Below are positions 1 through 6,892 of a stretch of DNA of 64,000 nucleotides, in pieces. The notes under the pieces are model-generated. The model saw only the letters and a program-made list of their open reading frames with translations, ran no database searches and was not told the DNA's origin. The DNA is from a virus. Within the stretch, counting starts at the first letter, position 1; every line of letters begins with the position of its first letter. The stretch is from IMG/VR virus record IMGVR_UViG_3300035682_000017, positions 1 to 64,000 of that record; one strand, 5' to 3'. A program made the translations under genes and the position numbers.

Positions 1-373
1 ATGATACAGATTCTTTATAGGTTTCTATTTGGTGATTTAGTGGGCTTAATAGATAGTCAGTGTATGCATTTTGATTTGCATTCTCTAATGATTTTTCTAA
101 TAGGGATATGTATTCCAAGCCTGCTTCTAGGTGACCTAATGCAAGTTCTTTTTCTTGTGTGAGTTTATCAATGTTGTAGATTGAATTGGTATCTACAGTG
201 AAATTGATAATGAATATGAATAAGCAAACAAAGAACTGAATGAAATAGTCAAAGGAGTCATATGCCTCATAGTTTATTAGACGGTCATACATTCCAAGCA
301 CATAGAGGTTTTGTGCTATGAAAATGATTAGAATGACTTGTAGGGATTTAAGGGATGATGATAAAATAGCCAT
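1..373 (-). CDS. Hypothetical membrane protein, partial (runs off the left edge)
   Basis: ATG at 373 on the minus strand; hand translation MAILSSSLNPLQVILIIFIAQNLYVLG...FIQFFVCLFIFIINF stays open to position 1; two hydrophobic stretches. Not in the ORF track. Confidence 0.6.
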   Translation of the reverse strand, partial: MAILSSSLKSLQVILIIFIAQNLYVLGMYDRLINYEAYDSFDYFIQFFVCLFIFIINFTVDTNSIYNIDKLTQEKELALGHLEAGLEYISLLEKSLENANQNAYTDYLLSPLNHQIETYKESVS

Positions 374-437
374 ATTAATTAAATTAGTTAGGGGTTTTAG
401 AGGATTGGGAAATATGATGATTTTAGGGGGTGCAGTA

Positions 438-738
438 AATACACCTGTAAATCAACACGTTACAGATAAAAAAACCCTAATGCTTCCGTGAGAATTGCAT
501 TAAGAACTAAAAACAACTATATTTTATAATCTAAATGCGCACGGTGTGTTGTCATTAAGGTTTTTTATATGTTTTTACCTGTAGTTTTTGGGTTTATATT
601 AAAAAGGTTGTTAAAACTTGTATCCACCGTGTGTAACAAGTATACTAATGCCTTATTAATCAAGCGGTTATATAACTGTGTTTTATACAATAATTAGTAC
701 AATTTGTACTTTGTAACTTATTGATTATCAGTATACAT
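438..738. repeat. Three 25-bp pseudo-palindromes, consensus TAAC-N3-TTGA-N3-TCAA-N3-GTTA
   Basis: Copies at 438-462, 646-670 and 714-738; each matches at least one half of the consensus. Confidence 0.45.
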
Positions 739-929
739 TAAAAATCAATTTTGTCAACATAGCCGTATGCTATTAAAAAAGGTACTTCACAATGCACAAC
801 TGCGCCTGTTCCATTCCATTCTACAGTGAATTGAACTTGATTATTTAGGGCAAGTAATCTAAATGCATAAAACTCTTTAGGACTTAAAGAGATGCTTGTG
901 ATGAATTCAGGGTTTTGTTTTGTTTGCAT
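738..929 (-). CDS. Small hypothetical early protein
   Basis: 63-aa ORF with a typical ATTATG start context, co-oriented with its neighbours. Confidence 0.65.
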   Translation of the reverse strand: MQTKQNPEFITSISLSPKEFYAFRLLALNNQVQFTVEWNGTGAVVHCEVPFLIAYGYVDKIDF

Positions 930-1133
930 AATGTAGGTGATGATAGTAATTAGACCATTAAAGTTACCAAGGGTTAGTAATCATACGTGAGAACGTAAGG
1001 TTACACACCCATGGGATAGTAATTAAAAAATGAGTACGTCACATTGTGGGCTTCGGATAACACCTGCAATGGGATAGTATTTTCAGGGAGTAAGGCATGC
1101 GCCAATGAACCGGAGGTTCAGTTGAGCAAGACC

Positions 1134-1171
1134 AAAAAAAGAGAGAGGGATTTCTCCCTCTCTGTTTTTTT
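1134..1171 (-). terminator. Intrinsic terminator, possibly bidirectional
   Basis: AGAGAGGGA-ttt-c-TCCCTCTCT stem flanked by A7 and T7 runs, at the stop of the 1170 gene. Confidence 0.75.
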
Positions 1172-1829
1172 ATTTAAGATGTTCAGGCATTTTCAAGCCA
1201 CGTTTTGCCAAATATTTCTCCGTCTGTGCTGAAGCAATGGATTTTGCAATCAATGCTTGCGCTTCAGGAGTCAACTCTGCTAACTCTGCCAATTCCTCTT
1301 CCTGTTCAAGGCGTTGGTTTTGCAATAATTCGCAAGCGAATTCAGCAATCCCTGCACTGAAATATTGTGTTGCTCCATATCCGTATTTGGATACTTTGTC
1401 AGACACAATTAATTCAATGCTGTCCACCTTGAATGGAAATAAAGAACCAATCTCAATGTCTTTCTTAATTGGATTAAGAAGACCATTTTGAGTGGTAATT
1501 TTATTCGCACCAAATTGGAATTGATATTGAGTTCTGATAACACCGTCAGTTTTTCTTAAAGAATATTTTAAGAATGGTAACCATACAATGTTTACAGGCT
1601 CACCTGATTCAGTCATCAGTGTTTCATATTTTAATTCCGACACCATTGGAATATCTTCTTTTTCAGAAGATTCATCAACAACCCCTTCAGAGGACATTGC
1701 GTTTTGAACTTGTTCAACAACTGTATCAATATCTTCTTTCAAAGAATTAATTGATGCTACAGTCATTGGTGGATTAATAACGTCAATGTTATTAATCAAA
1801 AATGTTCTTTTGTCTTTTAAAGTTTTCAT
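1170..1829 (-). CDS. Hypothetical early protein (about 219 aa)
   Basis: Track ORF 1170..1895; the more likely start is the ATG at 1829 (MKTLKDKR) after an AT-rich leader. Confidence 0.8.
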   Translation of the reverse strand: MKTLKDKRTFLINNIDVINPPMTVASINSLKEDIDTVVEQVQNAMSSEGVVDESSEKEDIPMVSELKYETLMTESGEPVNIVWLPFLKYSLRKTDGVIRTQYQFQFGANKITTQNGLLNPIKKDIEIGSLFPFKVDSIELIVSDKVSKYGYGATQYFSAGIAEFACELLQNQRLEQEEELAELAELTPEAQALIAKSIASAQTEKYLAKRGLKMPEHLK

Positions 1830-1920
1830 AATAAATGAATAAAAAATAAATAAAAAAATTTGGCTAATTATAATGGGATAGCCAATAAATCCCAAGACAT
1901 AAGACGCGTTAGCGAAAAAA

Positions 1921-1947
1921 TGTCCGTAAGGACACAGATTTAGAATT
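1921..1947 (-). promoter_or_regulatory. Hairpin + ATTTAG element, copy 1
   Basis: TGTCC-GTAA-GGACA-cag-ATTTAGAATT on the plus strand. Confidence 0.7.
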
Positions 1948-1968
1948 AAAGGTTGATTGAAAAACTTA

Positions 1969-2226
1969 TTAAGAGTTTAACCCCTTAACAAGTTCATATT
2001 TTAATGTTGATATGAGATTAAAACCATATAGGTCATCTCTTATAGTTCCATCTTTATGTAACATTACTTTGTTACCTTTGATGTCTTCTACATAAATCTC
2101 CTCTTCTTTCCATTTACCGTTTTGAACTTCAACCATTAAAGTTCTTAGTTCATACTCATTAAGCGTGTGACTATTAACTTTAAATGTTGGAGGTTTAATT
2201 TTGGTGAAATTTGCAATTTTTTTCAT
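1969..2226 (-). CDS. Hypothetical early protein
   Basis: 85-aa ORF tightly packed with its neighbours. Confidence 0.75.
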   Translation of the reverse strand: MKKIANFTKIKPPTFKVNSHTLNEYELRTLMVEVQNGKWKEEEIYVEDIKGNKVMLHKDGTIRDDLYGFNLISTLKYELVKGLNS

Positions 2227-2228
2227 AA

Positions 2229-2405
2229 CTAGTTTTTAGATTTTAATAACTCTTCATAGTCTAAGAGTTGTTGTTTGATACCTTCAACAACTTTCATTTG
2301 TTTGTGGTATATCTTATACCACCCTTTGGAGTAGTAATGGTCTGCTTTTGCAGACTCATTCATGCATTGTTCTAACAATGCATAAACATCTATCATTTTA
2401 TTCAT
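2229..2405 (-). CDS. Small hypothetical early protein (58 aa)
   Basis: Likely start is the ATG at 2405 (MNKMIDVY), just downstream of hairpin copy 2; the track's upstream extension crosses that element. Confidence 0.65.
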   Translation of the reverse strand: MNKMIDVYALLEQCMNESAKADHYYSKGWYKIYHKQMKVVEGIKQQLLDYEELLKSKN

Positions 2406-2418
2406 GACATAAAGTTTT

Positions 2419-2447
2419 AAAGTTCGCAAGAACTTTGATTTAGAATT
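2419..2447 (-). promoter_or_regulatory. Hairpin + ATTTAG element, copy 2
   Basis: AAAGTTC-GCAA-GAACTTT-g-ATTTAGAATT. Confidence 0.75.
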
Positions 2448-2551
2448 GAAGATTGAGTTGGAAGATTGTGTGGCTGATTGTATTGATTGTGGATGATGAT
2501 AGTAACAGGCGGCCACGCCTTTGTTACCACACACCCAACACACCACTGTTA

Positions 2552-2580
2552 AATTACCGTAAGGTAATTCATTTAGGATT
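2552..2580 (-). promoter_or_regulatory. Hairpin + ATTTAG element, copy 3
   Basis: AATTACC-GTAA-GGTAATT-c-ATTTAGGATT. Confidence 0.7.
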
Positions 2581-2636
2581 AAAGGTTATTCAATAGCCCA
2601 AGCCACACATCTCTGTGCAGCCTGGAACTTAATGTC

Positions 2637-2873
2637 TTATTGTGTGTATCTTTCATTGAACATTGCCTGTGTGACATCTTGAGGTTCTACATCCTCATTG
2701 AATGCCACCTCAACAACGAACTCTTCGTTGTCAGGGTTTTGTATACTGTCTTCCCATTTGACAGTAATAGTTTGTTCCTGTGGCACTATACCACAAGAAC
2801 ATAATATATACAATGCAGTTATAACTAGTATTGTATACAGGTAGAATTTACCTACACTTGCTTGTCTTTTCAT
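2637..2873 (-). CDS. Putative small lipoprotein
   Basis: From the ATG at 2873: MKRQASVGKFYLYTILVITALYILCSC, i.e. basic N-terminus, hydrophobic core and lipobox-like LCS|C, then an acidic body. Confidence 0.65.
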   Translation of the reverse strand: MKRQASVGKFYLYTILVITALYILCSCGIVPQEQTITVKWEDSIQNPDNEEFVVEVAFNEDVEPQDVTQAMFNERYTQ

Positions 2874-2884
2874 AATAATAATTT

Positions 2885-3091
2885 TTACTTTATAACTATT
2901 GGGAACTCTGAACAGAACTCTACCGTAGGATAGTATCCGTAATCGTTGCACAATAAAATGTGTTGTGCAATTTGAGGGTCATTCATACCCTCAATTGTAG
3001 TAAACACAGAGCAGTTGTGATTCTCCATGTTGTGTTGGTTATCCCATAACCACATTCCACCCTTATAGATGGATAATATTGAATTCTTCAT
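2885..3091 (-). CDS. Small hypothetical early protein
   Basis: Likely start is the ATG at 3091 (MKNSILSIY) with ATTATG context. Confidence 0.65.
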   Translation of the reverse strand: MKNSILSIYKGGMWLWDNQHNMENHNCSVFTTIEGMNDPQIAQHILLCNDYGYYPTVEFCSEFPIVIK

Positions 3092-3148
3092 AATAATAAG
3101 TTTAAAATGCAGGGTGAGGTACACCACCCTGCTAAGTGTTTAGTCCTA

Positions 3149-3430
3149 TTAAATATTTACTATACTAATAGGTGAGATTATTAAGGCATGTCTATATGAA
3201 TATGAAGCACTTGTTGCTGCTTCAGCAGGAACTGCTTTATATTTAAATATCCAATTGCCTACTTCATCTTTGAAGAATGAAGCACCACAAATATCTCTTT
3301 CTATGCTGTCATTTGCAGCATATTTTTTCTCAACTATTTCTTTTAGTTGAGAAGTATAATCCCATCTCTTTTCATCATAAGAGTAAGGATTAAATTCAAA
3401 TGCAATGCATTCATTAATTAAATTTATCAT
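3149..3430 (-). CDS. Hypothetical early protein
   Basis: 93-aa ORF with ATTATG start context. Confidence 0.7.
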   Translation of the reverse strand: MINLINECIAFEFNPYSYDEKRWDYTSQLKEIVEKKYAANDSIERDICGASFFKDEVGNWIFKYKAVPAEAATSASYSYRHALIISPISIVNI

Positions 3431-3458
3431 AATAAATAATTTAAAAGATTAAATAAAA

Positions 3459-3506
3459 ACAACCGTAGTTAACATGCTCCTCACATCTTGTTTTAACTAC
3501 GGTTGT
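3459..3506. other. Intergenic 14-bp inverted repeat (RNA hairpin)
   Basis: ACAACCGTAGTTAA...TTAACTACGGTTGT between two minus-strand genes; terminator or processing stem. Confidence 0.6.
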
Positions 3507-3516
3507 GTACATTGAC

Positions 3517-3741
3517 TTATGACAATTTCTTAGTGCATAAATCAGACAGCAGAGCATCAGCTCTCTTGTCAATCTCCTTACCTATTAGCGCAGAGATTTT
3601 CTTGTAAGCCTTCTTTTCTACAACGCATTCCGTTGCAGTTCCAAAGGCTTTCTTGTCAACCTCCTTGTCAAAGGAAGTTAACTCTTCATTTGTCATATTC
3701 TCTAAGAATATGACAATCTTGTCTGTGTCTTGTGTGCTCAT
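3517..3741 (-). CDS. Small hypothetical early protein
   Basis: 74-aa ORF starting about 15 nt downstream of hairpin copy 4. Confidence 0.75.
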   Translation of the reverse strand: MSTQDTDKIVIFLENMTNEELTSFDKEVDKKAFGTATECVVEKKAYKKISALIGKEIDKRADALLSDLCTKKLS

Positions 3742-3756
3742 GATAATTAGTTTTAA

Positions 3757-3783
3757 AAGTTCGTAAGAACTTACATTTAGAAT
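3757..3783 (-). promoter_or_regulatory. Hairpin + ATTTAG element, copy 4
   Basis: AAGTTC-GTAA-GAACTT-ac-ATTTAGAAT. Confidence 0.75.
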
Positions 3784-3824
3784 AATGTAAGTAAGCAGTT
3801 TATACTCTTGCTTAGGAGTGGGGA

Positions 3825-4046
3825 TTATGTTAGGGAGTCGTCTGTTATTTGGAGCATTTCCAAATAATATTCTTCATCCCTTTCTAATTCTCTAAATTTG
3901 AATTCATAATTAATGAATGCTATCTCTGCCAAATCTTCGGCAGTAAGCATTGCATCATCCCCATGGAATTCTTGGTAATCCATAAATTCCATTTCAAGGA
4001 GCACAGCATTGTACTCCATGAATTCTGTTCTAGTCATCATAATCAT
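3825..4046 (-). CDS. Highly acidic small protein
   Basis: 73 aa with about 20 D/E and 4 K/R; first gene of the minus-strand block. Confidence 0.75.
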   Translation of the reverse strand: MIMMTRTEFMEYNAVLLEMEFMDYQEFHGDDAMLTAEDLAEIAFINYEFKFRELERDEEYYLEMLQITDDSLT

Positions 4047-4059
4047 AATAATTAATTTA

Positions 4060-4086
4060 AAGTTCGTAAGAACTTATATTTAGAAT
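4060..4086 (-). promoter_or_regulatory. Hairpin + ATTTAG element, copy 5
   Basis: AAGTTC-GTAA-GAACTT-at-ATTTAGAAT. Confidence 0.75.
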
Positions 4087-4421
4087 CAGACCTTGGCTAG
4101 TGTCACAACTCTAACCTACCACACAAACCTTCTTCCCTCTGCCTCTGCATGTGGAACACATGCCTTGCACTGTACAGATAAAACATTCTCCCTGGAGAAT
4201 TTTTCTTGCCATCAGACCATGAGATTATTCTCTATAGTGCTACTGACCAGGGGGTAACCCCTGATGCTGTCTAGGCCTGGGGCTTCCGCAAGGAAGGACT
4301 AACCCACACAATTATATCCCCAAAATTCAATTTACCCAAGATCCTAAATAAGAATAAGTGAGTTCCCCCATTAAAATCCTCTGAAACCCTTGGTATCACT
4401 GGGATATAGACCTATGGGGGT

Positions 4422-4511
4422 AACTTCCCAAAAGGGAAGCCTGCAGTGCTTTAAACTTCCCTTTTAGGCAGTTTTAAAAAAAATTAAATAAAACTTCCTT
4501 TTTGGGAAACT
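4422..4511. repeat. Three operator/iteron-like pseudo-palindromes AACTTCCY-W4-RGGMAR
   Basis: AACTTCCCAAAAGGGAAG (4422), AACTTCCCTTTTAGGCAGTT (4454), AACTTCCTTTTTGGGAAACT (4492). Confidence 0.65.
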
Positions 4512-4516
4512 TTTGT

Positions 4517-4524
4517 TATTTTTG
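4517..4524 (+). promoter_or_regulatory. Bacteroidota -7 promoter element (TAnnTTTG)
   Basis: TATTTTTG 15 nt upstream of the ATG at 4540. Confidence 0.55.
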
Positions 4525-4539
4525 TGGAAAGAAATTATA

Positions 4540-5049
4540 ATGGCTGGAGTAAAAAAAGTAAATAGGGCTGTAGATTTGGATTTAGATAGTTACGTTGATG
4601 ATGAAACTGGGGAGGTAAGGTTACTTGCTGAAATACCCCGGGGGGTTAAAGTGACACAAGAGTCTGGGATGGTAGTTGTGGATTCAGATAACTATGCAGT
4701 TCTTGAAACAGATGCTATGCTTGCTCTTATGAAGGTTTTAAATAATAGTGATTTGTGTAATGTTTTAAAGATGAGTGTTGCTACAAAGACCGCATTGAAT
4801 ATTGTTTTTAATAATAATATACCACATACAAATGATACGCTGCAAAAGTATTTAGAGATTGGATCCCAAAGTAAATTCATATCTCTTATTAAGAGGTTGA
4901 TTTCTGCTGGGGTGTTGTATCAGATTAAGGGTAAGATTTATGGAGAGGTTAGGGTTTGTTATATGTTGAATCCATTTCTTTCTAGGAAGAGAAGGTTGTT
5001 TGAGGCTAAAGTGTTTGATGTATTTGAAAAGTTTAAGTTAGAGCCATGA
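4540..5049 (+). CDS. RepL-like winged-helix DNA-binding protein
   Basis: ATG at 4540; YVDDETGEV N-terminal motif, HTH-like segment (LQKYLEIGSQSKFISLIKRLISAGVL) and C-terminal YMLNP motif typical of RepL-type proteins. Confidence 0.6.
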   Translation: MAGVKKVNRAVDLDLDSYVDDETGEVRLLAEIPRGVKVTQESGMVVVDSDNYAVLETDAMLALMKVLNNSDLCNVLKMSVATKTALNIVFNNNIPHTNDTLQKYLEIGSQSKFISLIKRLISAGVLYQIKGKIYGEVRVCYMLNPFLSRKRRLFEAKVFDVFEKFKLEP

Positions 5050-5174
5050 GAATATTGTTACTGTTAGTATTTTTGTCTGCGTGTGCACCAATATCAGAAT
5101 TGGAATATAAGAGAAAACAGATGCATAAGCAAGATAAAAAAATGTTTAAGCAAATTAAAAGAAGTAGAAGATGA
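5046..5174 (+). CDS. Small basic lipoprotein (42 aa)
   Basis: MRILLLLVFLSA|CAPISELEYKRKQ...; lipobox LSAC; ATGA overlaps with both neighbours. Below the track cut-off. Confidence 0.6.
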   Translation: MRILLLLVFLSACAPISELEYKRKQMHKQDKKMFKQIKRSRR

Positions 5175-5347
5175 GTGAGGAAATAAAAAGACAGATTGAA
5201 GAGTATAGAGATTTACTCACTGGTGATATATTTGCTGATGGTGAAATTCAACAAAAGATTTATGAGTTGAAGAAGCAGCTTAATCCTAGAATTGAATTGC
5301 ATCCGGAAGAGGATGATGATGACGAATGTTTAAATTGTGGATCATGA
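5171..5347 (+). CDS. 58-aa protein ending in an RNR-alpha-like CxxC tail
   Basis: MSEEIKRQIEEYRDLLTGDIFADGEIQQKIYELKKQLNPRIELHPEEDDDDECLNCGS*; ATGA-coupled on both sides. Confidence 0.75.
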   Translation: MSEEIKRQIEEYRDLLTGDIFADGEIQQKIYELKKQLNPRIELHPEEDDDDECLNCGS

Positions 5348-5586
5348 GAACTATTGAGGTGTTAAAGAATCAATGTAAGGTTAGACTTTTTGTAGGTACA
5401 TTTTGCATTGGGGTAGAATTGAATCAGTTCTTTCCAAAATTTGTTGATGTAGTTATAGGTGAACTGGTTGTTAAAAGATACAAGGATCCTGGTTTGTACA
5501 TGATTGATAAGATTAATTTCCAAAAGGAAAATGCATTTAGTAAACAAAAATTGAACTATGAAAGCCGAGCAAGAAAAAGATTTTAG
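5344..5586 (+). CDS. Hypothetical protein
   Basis: ATG at 5344 (MRTIEVLK) overlaps the previous stop. Confidence 0.6.
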   Translation: MRTIEVLKNQCKVRLFVGTFCIGVELNQFFPKFVDVVIGELVVKRYKDPGLYMIDKINFQKENAFSKQKLNYESRARKRF

Positions 5587-5737
5587 GGATAAGTCAGTTA
5601 TAGATGTAAACCCAAGTCCTTTATATATTGGTGGAGTAGATTCTTATGATGAAGAATATGGATATGGATGTTTATTCATGATGATAATAATGATAATGCT
5701 AATAATAATTTGCGGATATGTGGCTATTCAAAGGTAA
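5558..5737 (+). CDS. Small membrane protein (59 aa)
   Basis: MKAEQEKDFR...GCLFMMIIMIMLIIICGYVAIQR*; fills the gap between genes; C-terminal hydrophobic helix. Confidence 0.55.
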   Translation: MKAEQEKDFRDKSVIDVNPSPLYIGGVDSYDEEYGYGCLFMMIIMIMLIIICGYVAIQR

Positions 5738-6134
5738 AGAGTTTAAAGAATTGGATATTCCAGAAAATGGTTTTGGATTCATCTATGAAATGTCTGCTAT
5801 AGTGGATGGGAAATCTGTTCGGTATATTGGAAAAAAGAATTTCTATGCAGATGTTAAAACCAATTTGGCTAAGAAAAATATGCCAACGGATAAAAGGTTA
5901 AAAACTTATACCAGAAAACGTAAGTTCACGTATCAAAATTATTACAGCAGTAATTTAGTATTAAAAGCTGCACATAAAGAAGGTGTTATTATCAAACGTG
6001 AGATACTTGCAATCTGTTTTAGTAAAACGGAATTGTCGTATACGGAATGTAAATACCAATTTAGCTATGGGGTATTAGAATCAGATGAATTCTTGAATGG
6101 AAACATTCTTGGTAAATTCTATAAATTCAAATAG
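5718..6134 (+). CDS. GIY-YIG family endonuclease
   Basis: GFIY...YIGKK motif, conserved Glu (SYTECKYQ) and Asn (FLNGNI). Confidence 0.75.
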   Translation: MWLFKGKEFKELDIPENGFGFIYEMSAIVDGKSVRYIGKKNFYADVKTNLAKKNMPTDKRLKTYTRKRKFTYQNYYSSNLVLKAAHKEGVIIKREILAICFSKTELSYTECKYQFSYGVLESDEFLNGNILGKFYKFK

Positions 6135-6208
6135 CTATGTGGGTAGAAATGCATAATGAGTGGGATATTGAACACTGTGAAACTCGTAACCAACTAAAAA
6201 TAAATAAA

Positions 6209-6604
6209 ATGAGATCAACAACAGAAATTAAAGAAGAAGCAGAAAGCAAGTATTATGAAACACCAGCTAAAAAATGTGAACCTCAACATACAGAAAGAGG
6301 AATTGAGAACCCATTATTGCAAGATATGGCGGATACATTTACTGCGTGTTATGAAACGGCAACAAGAAAGAATCATGATTATGGAGGAAGTAATAATGAT
6401 CCTTATGCAAACTTCAGAAATTCTACCATTGCTGGTGTATCAGTAGAACGTGGAATTTTGGTAAGGTTGATGGATAAAATGTCACGCATTTCTACTCTGC
6501 TTGACAAGGAAGCAATGGTAAAAGATGAAGCAGTAGATGATACTATCGATGATGCAATCAATTACTTAGCAATTTTAAAGTCTTACCGTAAAAACAACAA
6601 GTAA
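6209..6604 (+). CDS. DUF1599 / nucleotide-modification-associated domain 1 protein
   Basis: RKNHDYG...NF...VRLMDKMSRI...DTIDDAINYLAI; start may be 6137 or 6209. Confidence 0.75.
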   Translation: MRSTTEIKEEAESKYYETPAKKCEPQHTERGIENPLLQDMADTFTACYETATRKNHDYGGSNNDPYANFRNSTIAGVSVERGILVRLMDKMSRISTLLDKEAMVKDEAVDDTIDDAINYLAILKSYRKNNK

Positions 6605-6891
6605 TGGAAAATCTAACATTTGGACAAGCTCTTGAAGCCTTAAAAGGTGGTAAAAAAGTAGCAAGAAAAGGATGGAATGGTACAGGTATGTTTGCTGTAT
6701 TATCACCTGGTAAAAAACAATTAGAAGCAGAAGGTTTCTTTAACCCTGATTTAAAAGCACATGCTTTAACAATTGGTGGATTTATGGATGTGCGCCCTGC
6801 ATTCATGTTAAAAACAGCTCAAGATGATGTAGCATATTGGGTTCCTTCAGGTAGTGATTGTTTGGCAGAAGATTGGTTAATTGTAGAGTAA
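6604..6891 (+). CDS. DUF2829 / Tad2-like anti-Thoeris sponge protein
   Basis: [26 protein letters not shown]...[13 protein letters not shown], the family signature. Confidence 0.8.
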   Translation: MENLTFGQALEALKGGKKVARKGWNGTGMFAVLSPGKKQLEAEGFFNPDLKAHALTIGGFMDVRPAFMLKTAQDDVAYWVPSGSDCLAEDWLIVE

Positions 6892-6892
6892 T

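Noticed and set aside
1044-1491. Plus-strand ORFs 1044..1232 and 1237..1491
   Set aside because: Antisense shadows of a real minus-strand gene, crossing a terminator.
1921-4086. CRISPR array or attC-like cassette array interpretation of the repeated hairpins
   Set aside because: Spacing is irregular (130-1200 bp), stems vary in sequence, and no cas or integrase gene is present; position upstream of genes fits a regulatory element better.
4088-4420. tRNA or other known structured RNA in the divergence region
   Set aside because: No cloverleaf or T-loop GTTCRA signature could be identified by eye.
5621-5650. YIGGVDSYD in the small membrane ORF resembles a terminase nuclease motif
   Set aside because: Only 9 residues with no flanking similarity; probably chance.
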